Source of the DNA: an uncultured delta proteobacterium
GTDB lineage: Bacteria; Desulfobacterota; Syntrophia; Syntrophales; UBA5619
Length of the DNA: 64,000 nucleotides
Assembly (NCBI GenBank): GCA_963817385.1
Contig: CAWFOM010000010.1
Span: forward strand, 1 to 64,000
Direction of reading: 5' to 3'
Shown: piece by piece, positions 57,670 to 64,000 of the stretch
Position numbering within the stretch: the stretch's first letter is position 1
How the letters are laid out: each line of letters starts with the position of its first letter
Position numbers and translations under genes: made by a program
The notes under the pieces: generated by a model
Database searches by the model: none
Seen by the model: only the letters and a program-made list of their open reading frames with translations
What the model was told of the DNA's origin: nothing

Positions 57670-58392
57670 TTGAGGAGAGATCATCGCCCCTACATTCTCA
57701 AACGCCTCGATCTGAATTTTCAGAAATGGTATGCGGAGCGCTTTCTCCGTCCGCAGTTCGACCGCCTGGGAGACGGGTGCACCTGCATGAAACCCTGGCA
57801 TGTCGAGATATTCGGCGGGCCGGTGTCTCTTGGTGACTTCGCTACCGTCATCGCCACTCCCGATCAAAAGGTCAGGCTGACCGTCTGGTCCGATCTGCGG
57901 GGGGAGGGGAGGATCGTCATCGGAAACTGCTGCCTCATCTGTCCGGGGGTGCGGATCAGCGCGGCTACCGAGATCGTCATCGGGGAGAGCTGCATGCTGG
58001 CGTACGGCGCTTTCGTGACCGATTCGGACTGGCACGGGGTGTACGACCGCAGCCAGCCTATCGGACAAACCTCTCCGGTTCGAATCGAAGACAATGTCTG
58101 GATCGGAGACAGCGCGATTGTCTGCAAGGGGGTCCGGATCGGCGCTAACAGTATCATCGGAGCCGGTTCCGTGGTAGTCAGGGATATTCCCGCCAATGCC
58201 GTTGCCGCGGGAAACCCGGCCACAGTTCTGAAATATCTTGAACCGGGCAGGCCCATAAAGACGCGCGCCGAATGGCTGGCCGACCCTGGGGCGTTGGCAG
58301 ATCAGTTCGATCAGATCGACCGTCATCTGATGAAGGACAACACCTGGTTCGGCTGGCTCAAGTCGCTCATCCGGCCCCGGAGAGGTGATTGA
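57670..58392 (+). CDS. Hexapeptide-repeat (left-handed beta-helix) acyltransferase
   Basis: TDSDWH, PVRIEDNVWIG and IGANSIIGAGSVVVRDIPANAVAAGNPA. Confidence 0.88.
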   Translation: MRRDHRPYILKRLDLNFQKWYAERFLRPQFDRLGDGCTCMKPWHVEIFGGPVSLGDFATVIATPDQKVRLTVWSDLRGEGRIVIGNCCLICPGVRISAATEIVIGESCMLAYGAFVTDSDWHGVYDRSQPIGQTSPVRIEDNVWIGDSAIVCKGVRIGANSIIGAGSVVVRDIPANAVAAGNPATVLKYLEPGRPIKTRAEWLADPGALADQFDQIDRHLMKDNTWFGWLKSLIRPRRGD

Positions 58393-58449
58393 GGAGAGGA
58401 TTCGGCCGCCCACTATTTATTATTACTTCGGCGACCAAACAGATAAAAT

Positions 58450-58540
58450 GTCATGCCGGACTTGATCCGGCATCCAGTCTCTTACTGGTTCCCGGCTTTC
58501 GCCGGGACGACGTCTGGATTCCGGCTTTCGCCGGAATGAC
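58450..58540. repeat. Palindromic REP/RPE-like element with a duplicated right arm
   Basis: GTCATGCCGG-ACTTGAT-CCGGCATCCAG ... CTGGTTCCCGGC-TTTC-GCCGGGACGAC ... CTGGATTCCGGC-TTTC-GCCGGAATGAC. Confidence 0.75.
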
Positions 58541-58640
58541 TACTTTGACATATATTGTTGCCGGTGTAATAATCAGCCTGCCTGACGGCGTTTTCGACAC
58601 CTTCTCAGGCAGATCAAACAAAATTATGGGAAGCTAATCT

Positions 58641-60251
58641 GTGAGAGTCGCCATCATTGCACCGCCTTATCCGCTTGAAGAGGCCCCCGCTCCGCCACTG
58701 GGCGTAACATATGTGGCCGCTGCCTTCGAGTCGGCCGGGGCGGATGTCCGCATCTTCGATTATATTGTCGGTTGCTATACCCCGGAAAACCTCAAGGCTC
58801 AGCTTGATCGGTTCCGGCCGGACGTGGTCGGATCAACCTCCGTGACGCTCAATTTTCCGGGCGCCGCCGAGATCGTTGCCACGGCCAAACGACATAACCC
58901 ATCGCTCATCACCCTGATGGGAGGCCCCCATGTCTCCTTTGATGATCGCCGGACGCTCGATGCCTATCCGGGGATCGACCTCATCGTGCGGGGGGAGGGC
59001 GAAGAGACCATTGCGGAACTCATGTCCAAGGGAATGGACCCCGAGTCGTGGGGAGAGATCCGTGGCCTCACCTTTCGCCGTGAGGGGAGGATTGTCGCGA
59101 CGGATGCCAGGCCGTTCATTGAAGACCTGGATACCCTGCCGCTTCCGGCGCGCCATCTCCTCCCTCTTTCCCGCTATCAGGCCCTCGGGTATTCGATCAG
59201 CATCATCACCAGCCGCGGCTGCCCTTATTCCTGCATATTCTGTCTGGGACGCCGCATGGTGGGAAACCGGGTCCGTCAGCGCTCTGCACCGCTTGTCGTC
59301 GATGAGATCGAGCAGATTCTCTCCTACGGGATCGACCGGATCAATGTGGCCGACGATCTCTTTGTTTCCCATCGCGGAAAGGTGAGAGAGGTCTGCGAAG
59401 AGATCCTCCGGAGGGACCTTCGCTTTGCCTGGAGCGCGTTTGCCCGGGTGAATACCGTGGATCGCGAGACCCTGCTCCTCATGCGGAAGGCGGGGTGTGA
59501 CAGCGTCAGTTTCGGGGTTGAATCGGGAAACCCGGAAATGCTCAAGCGGATCGGGAAGGGAATCACCCGGGAGCAGGTGAAAGAGGCGGTTTCGCTCTGC
59601 AGGGAGACCGGGATCATCGCCCACACCTCTTTCATCGTCGGCCTGCCGGGTGAGACCTCCGAGACGCTCCGGGAGACGCAGGAATTTGCCGCCGGTCTCG
59701 GATCACTCTATGGATATCACTTTCTGGCCCCATTTCCGGGAACAACGGTCCGCGAAGAGGTGGAGAACTATGACCTGGAGATCCTGACCGACGACTGGAA
59801 GCGGTACGATGCCAACAGCGCCATTGTAAGAACATCTTCAGTATCGCCGGAGGACCTGGAACGGTTTGTTGGTAAATTCGAATCGGAGATTCAGGAGGTC
59901 TGGGAGTCGATGGTCCGTGCTTACCACGAAAAAACCGCACCGCCGGAGATTGCCCTCCAGGTAGAGGGCCATTTCCGAATGAAACTCATCTATCGCCTCC
60001 TCTCCGAGGACCTGATCGAAAAGAGCGGCGCCTTCATCCTCCCCGGAATCGCCGACGGGAGCGAAGAAGCGACGCTTCAGGAGCTCTGCCGGAGGATTGA
60101 AGCGGGCACTGGGGTTGACGGGGTGCTGGTCAAAAAGACGCTCCGAAGCCTTCTCGCTTCCGGATACCTCAAAGCGGAGAACACGGGGCAAATGGTGAGA
60201 TGGTACTGGACGCACAACCGCCATGTGGATCATCAGCTCACGGCATCGTAG
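58641..60251 (+). CDS. Cobalamin-binding radical SAM protein (class B type)
   Basis: PPLGVTYVAA, GGPHVS, RGEGEET, TSRGCPYSCIFC (CxxxCxxC), GVESG and PFPGT. Confidence 0.92.
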   Translation: MRVAIIAPPYPLEEAPAPPLGVTYVAAAFESAGADVRIFDYIVGCYTPENLKAQLDRFRPDVVGSTSVTLNFPGAAEIVATAKRHNPSLITLMGGPHVSFDDRRTLDAYPGIDLIVRGEGEETIAELMSKGMDPESWGEIRGLTFRREGRIVATDARPFIEDLDTLPLPARHLLPLSRYQALGYSISIITSRGCPYSCIFCLGRRMVGNRVRQRSAPLVVDEIEQILSYGIDRINVADDLFVSHRGKVREVCEEILRRDLRFAWSAFARVNTVDRETLLLMRKAGCDSVSFGVESGNPEMLKRIGKGITREQVKEAVSLCRETGIIAHTSFIVGLPGETSETLRETQEFAAGLGSLYGYHFLAPFPGTTVREEVENYDLEILTDDWKRYDANSAIVRTSSVSPEDLERFVGKFESEIQEVWESMVRAYHEKTAPPEIALQVEGHFRMKLIYRLLSEDLIEKSGAFILPGIADGSEEATLQELCRRIEAGTGVDGVLVKKTLRSLLASGYLKAENTGQMVRWYWTHNRHVDHQLTAS

Positions 60252-60694
60252 CCAGCAGTTCGATGGGTGTGCCCCGTTTAGCCACCGTCAGATTCACCGA
60301 GGTCGGATTCACGTAACAATCAGATGATGGATGATGTTCGTTTCAGAAAATTCTTGGCGCTAGCGCGCCCGTAGAGAAACCCACCTCCGCGTTCCACCGG
60401 AAGGCCATGTTAAAGATCAGATGGCCCCGCTCTTCCGGTCCGCGCTGCCGATAATACCGACTTCACGGCCATATTCATGGTCGGATATGGCTGCCAATGG
60501 AATTAACCGCTTTTACCATTCTTTTTCCATACTTTACCTACGAATGGCGATGAATATATATTTTTGTAATGATATCATATATATGAATAAAATTTCTCTT
60601 GACACTGGTTACAATATATCATATTAACTATTCCCGATAGTAATAAATATCAAACAAAATTCGGTGACCGATGAAAATGTAGGAGGAAGGCAAC

Positions 60695-61054
60695 ATGGAT
60701 AAGAAAAATACGATGGCAAACGGGCAGCAGGAATTAAACTCAGCTCAACTTGTGCAGAACGATCTGCAGGCCAAGCCAAGAAAAGTGAGATTTGTCGAGG
60801 AAGGCGTGAAGACACAATACGCGAGCATCTTCAACCTCGGTTTCGGAGCGGAAGAGGTTTTATTCATCTTCGGCAATCCGTCGCTCGATCCGAATGTCGT
60901 GCGGATAGAATCGAAGGTCGCCGTTTCGCTAAAAACGGCCAAGCGGCTCGCCGTGATGTTGAGCAACGTGATCCGCCGGTATGAGGCGAAGAACGGGGCC
61001 ATCGACATATCCGCACCGAAGCCGGATCCCGACAAGACCCCGAAGCTCCAGTAA
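60695..61054 (+). CDS. DUF3467 family protein
   Basis: TQYASIFN...EEVLFIFG...VAVSLKTAKRLAVMLSNVIRRYEAKNGAI pattern; AGGAGG RBS. Confidence 0.75.
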   Translation: MDKKNTMANGQQELNSAQLVQNDLQAKPRKVRFVEEGVKTQYASIFNLGFGAEEVLFIFGNPSLDPNVVRIESKVAVSLKTAKRLAVMLSNVIRRYEAKNGAIDISAPKPDPDKTPKLQ

Positions 61055-61190
61055 GGGATTCCCCGGCGAAGCCGGGCTGTGTGGTAGTGCATCGGCATCG
61101 GGTGCGGCGAGTAAAAAGAAGCCGCTGCCGACCGGTTTGAGGAGAGGTTGATACCAGATCGCGTTCTGATTGGAGGCATGCATCACACCC

Positions 61191-62450
61191 ATGCGCATCC
61201 TGATCATCCACCAGAACTTTCCCGGTCAGTTCCGTCACGTAGCCCGTGACTGGTCCGGCCTTCCCGGCTGGGAGGTCGTCGGCCTCGGCCATGAAACCGC
61301 TCCGGGGATGCCGCAGGTACGCTGGTTCACATACCGGCTGCACCGCACGCCGCTGAAAGGGCAGCACCATTATCTGCGTCAGATGGAACGTGCCGTCCTC
61401 CACGGCCAAGCAGTGGCAAGGGCTCTTCTCAGGCTTCGTGAGCGCGGCTTCAGACCGGACGTCATCCTCGCCCATCCGGGTTGGGGCGAGACGCTCTACA
61501 CCAAAGACGTCTTTTATGATGTTCGCCTCATCCACTTCTGCGAATGGTACTATTCGGCCGTCGGCGCGGACATCGGTTTCGACCCCGAATTTTCCGCCAA
61601 TTTCGATGACCGTGCCCGGGTGCGCACCTGGAACGCCCTCCATACCCTTAACCTCGAAACCTGCGATGCCGGCGTGAGTCCCACCGTCTGGCAAAAGACC
61701 CGCCATCCCGAAGTCTACCGAAACAAGATCGACGTCATCCACGAGGGGATCGACACGGGGAATCTCGGCCCCGATCCGGAAGCCGCCTTCACGATTCCCG
61801 GCGGCACAACTCTCAGGGCGGGGGATCCCGTTATCACCTATGTGGCCAGGAACCTCGAACCCTACCGCGGCTTCCACAGCTTCATGCGGGCGCTCGAAGT
61901 GATCCAGCGCCGGCACAAGGACTGCCATGCCCTCATCGTCGGCGGCGACGAGGTGAGCTACGGCCGGCGTCCCACTGACGCCCCTACCTGGCGGGAGAAG
62001 ATGCTGGGTGAAGTCAGTCTCGACCCCGCCCGTACCCACTTCCTCGGCAGAGTGCCCTACGACACCTATCGCACGGTGCTGCAAGTCTCGGCGGCCCATG
62101 TCTACCTCACCTATCCATTCGTCCTGTCCTGGTCCATGCTGGAGGCCATGGCGACGGGCTGCCTCGTGATCGGGTCGCGGACCGCGCCGGTGGAAGAGGT
62201 GCTGCGGGACGGTAAGAACGGACTATTGGTCGATTTCTTCGACAGGGAGGCGATTGCGGACCGGGTGATCGAGGCGCTGGAGGCGCCGGACGCATATGTA
62301 ACGTTACAGGAGCGAGCACGGGAGGAAATTACTGCACGGTTCAGCAGGCGGGCCGGGCTGGAGAGGTACCGGAAACTGGCCCAACCGTCCTTTAGGCCAC
62401 AGTTGGTGACTGACAAGGGAGTGCCAAGAGCAGAGGCTTTCAATGGCTGA
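61191..62450 (+). CDS. Glycosyltransferase family 4 (HQNFPGQ type)
   Basis: ILIIHQNFPGQFRH, HPGWGE, RNLEPYRGF and YLTYPFVLSWSMLEAM. Confidence 0.9.
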   Translation: MRILIIHQNFPGQFRHVARDWSGLPGWEVVGLGHETAPGMPQVRWFTYRLHRTPLKGQHHYLRQMERAVLHGQAVARALLRLRERGFRPDVILAHPGWGETLYTKDVFYDVRLIHFCEWYYSAVGADIGFDPEFSANFDDRARVRTWNALHTLNLETCDAGVSPTVWQKTRHPEVYRNKIDVIHEGIDTGNLGPDPEAAFTIPGGTTLRAGDPVITYVARNLEPYRGFHSFMRALEVIQRRHKDCHALIVGGDEVSYGRRPTDAPTWREKMLGEVSLDPARTHFLGRVPYDTYRTVLQVSAAHVYLTYPFVLSWSMLEAMATGCLVIGSRTAPVEEVLRDGKNGLLVDFFDREAIADRVIEALEAPDAYVTLQERAREEITARFSRRAGLERYRKLAQPSFRPQLVTDKGVPRAEAFNG

Positions 62451-62469
62451 CAAAGGGACCGGGGAAGAA

Positions 62470-62545
62470 TATGAGGAAAAGAGCGGAGCCATCGATATAT
62501 CTGCACCGAAAGCGACGCCAAATAGGGGTCTGAAGTTTTAGTAAG
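62470..62545 (+). pseudogene. Remnant of a DUF3467 gene 3' end (diverged copy of 60980-61055)
   Basis: Ungapped match YEEKSGAIDISAPKATPNRGLKF** versus YEAKNGAIDISAPKPDPDKTPKLQ*; 35 of the first 42 nt are identical. Confidence 0.7.
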
Positions 62546-62610
62546 TGATTTCCTGGAGCGGTGCGATGGCAACAAAGCACTGATAAGCCGAATCGGAAAG
62601 GAGGCAATGC

Positions 62611-63762
62611 ATGGTCTATAGAGGGAAAGAAAGGCCCCATGTGCAGGGATCGGCATGGAGGAAGCGATGTCTCAACGCGGCTATGTTTGGCGTTACCGTG
62701 TCCATTTTTGTGATCTTGATTGTTTCGGTGTGGGGGTGTGCGACAGTGCTGACAAGAGAAATAAAAGACGAAATTTCACATCTCAGTTTTTCCCATGACG
62801 GGAAGAAGTTCCTTTTTGATCGTTGCCGGGCAGGGAATTGCCAGATCCAGGTGTACGATCTCGGGACTGGTGAACTTAGCGCCTATCAATCACCTGCCAA
62901 TGAACGGTGGACCATGGCCAAGCACTCCTATGACGGCAAGAAGATCGTCTTCGCAGTTATGCCCATGAGGGACGAACATCTCGAACTCGCGGACATGCAG
63001 ATTGCCGTGATGGACCCCGATGGGAAGAACCTCAAAAAGATAACAACCGGACAGGGAGCCAAGTTATATCCCGTCTTTTCCCATTCCGGGAAGAAGGTTC
63101 TCTACGCTCGCGCGGCATACATGAGAAAGAAAGGCGCAACCCCCGCCGCGCAGTACGACGCCTGGGAGGTTGACCTGGAAACAGGTGAACAAACGCAGTT
63201 GACCTATTTCAAATATTTTTACATGGCCTACCTTACCTACTTCCCCGACGACGAGCGGTTCATCTATTACGGAGAAATGCCGGAGGCATTCCCCGGCATC
63301 AAGGAAGGCGACAAGGAAGCCCTCAATAATAAATTTAGGGAATTGGCGAAGAAGGGAATAAGCCTTCATGCCACCGTGGTTATGAAGGGGAAGAAAATGA
63401 TACCGAGACTGTATGATTTTGATACCTATCCGCGAAAGCCCCTCTTAAGCCAAGACGGCTCTCGGCTGCTATTTGAAAAAGGCTTCTTAGGAACATTCTA
63501 CCTCTATTCCCCGGATGGCAATCACCGGCGCCTGGGGGGCGGAGGCTCTCTCAATTCCGCGGCCATCTCGCCGGACGGAGAGTTGTTAGGGGTAAATTAT
63601 GATAGTACAGTAAATATCTACTCGGTCAAAGACGGAAAGCTCAAAGTGCAGTTCTATATTCTTGCTGCGACGCGTATAGAAAATTGGGATGATAATAATC
63701 GCAAATACCCTCGGGAGCAGAAAATGATTCCTGAATTGCCGTCACGGATTTACAGCGAGTGA
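62611..63762 (+). CDS. TolB-like PD40 beta-propeller lipoprotein (start probably ATG 62667 with a +1 error, or ATG 62683)
   Basis: Hydrophobic stretch ending VWGC (lipobox-like); repeats FSHDGKK, SYDGKK, FSHSGKK, SQDGSR and ISPDGE. Confidence 0.75.
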   Translation: MVYRGKERPHVQGSAWRKRCLNAAMFGVTVSIFVILIVSVWGCATVLTREIKDEISHLSFSHDGKKFLFDRCRAGNCQIQVYDLGTGELSAYQSPANERWTMAKHSYDGKKIVFAVMPMRDEHLELADMQIAVMDPDGKNLKKITTGQGAKLYPVFSHSGKKVLYARAAYMRKKGATPAAQYDAWEVDLETGEQTQLTYFKYFYMAYLTYFPDDERFIYYGEMPEAFPGIKEGDKEALNNKFRELAKKGISLHATVVMKGKKMIPRLYDFDTYPRKPLLSQDGSRLLFEKGFLGTFYLYSPDGNHRRLGGGGSLNSAAISPDGELLGVNYDSTVNIYSVKDGKLKVQFYILAATRIENWDDNNRKYPREQKMIPELPSRIYSE

Positions 63763-63861
63763 AACAAGGAACAAAAGATCACTTGACTACGTGAAAGATG
63801 AGAAGCAATAACGCGCAAATTATTGTATCAATATCAAATACTTTCAGAAAGGGGTATAACT

Positions 63862-64000
63862 ATGTCTACACGAGACTATACGGTTAATGACGTAACTTAC
63901 AAAATCGGCACCATCGGCTGGGAAGGCCCGAAAAACTTTTCACAACTTCCTGGCTCTACGCTTCCTACATACGGTTTATGGGCAGGTCCCGGATGGTCGG
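63862..64000 (+). CDS. Partial CDS; N-terminus carries a phospholipase A2-like loop motif
   Basis: AAAGGGG RBS; MSTRDYTVNDVTYKIGTIGWEGPKNFSQLPGSTLPTYGLWAGPGWS, open to the window edge. Confidence 0.6.
   Translation, partial: MSTRDYTVNDVTYKIGTIGWEGPKNFSQLPGSTLPTYGLWAGPGWS

Noticed and set aside
1..64000. CRISPR array, rRNA, IS transposase or integrase
   Set aside because: I saw no regularly spaced repeats and no corresponding genes in the window.

Overview
The window is mostly core chromosome of an anaerobic Gram-negative bacterium. Gene content suggests Desulfobacterota, Syntrophales-like (inference). From left to right it contains: (1) the AT-richer edge of an island ending at a tRNA-Pro 3' fragment (417-440); (2) a Liv-type ABC operon with an embedded acyl-CoA ligase and a crotonase; (3) PilZ, PMM/PGM, a DRTGG protein and two CoA-transferase-GNAT fusions, one lacking the catalytic Glu; (4) tRNA-Met, purB, nadB, tsaD, rsmA, panC with a pan-motif-like attenuator, ahcY, and lptFG divergent from an Ara4N (arn) operon; (5) an aminoethylphosphonate-type ABC transporter, GntR, HisC-like aminotransferase, ETF and sarcosine/dimethylglycine-dehydrogenase-like cluster; (6) a MASE3 kinase and an MscS-cNMP channel; (7) an uncharacterised GT4, methyltransferase, prenyltransferase-fold, acyltransferase and B12 radical SAM cluster; (8) at the right edge, DUF3467, GT4, a beta-propeller lipoprotein and the start of a probable PLA2-like toxin. 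About ten genes carry apparent single-base insertions, all +1. These are most likely sequencing errors rather than pseudogenes. I saw no CRISPR array, rRNA, transposase or integrase. All family calls come from motif recognition by eye; no searches were run.
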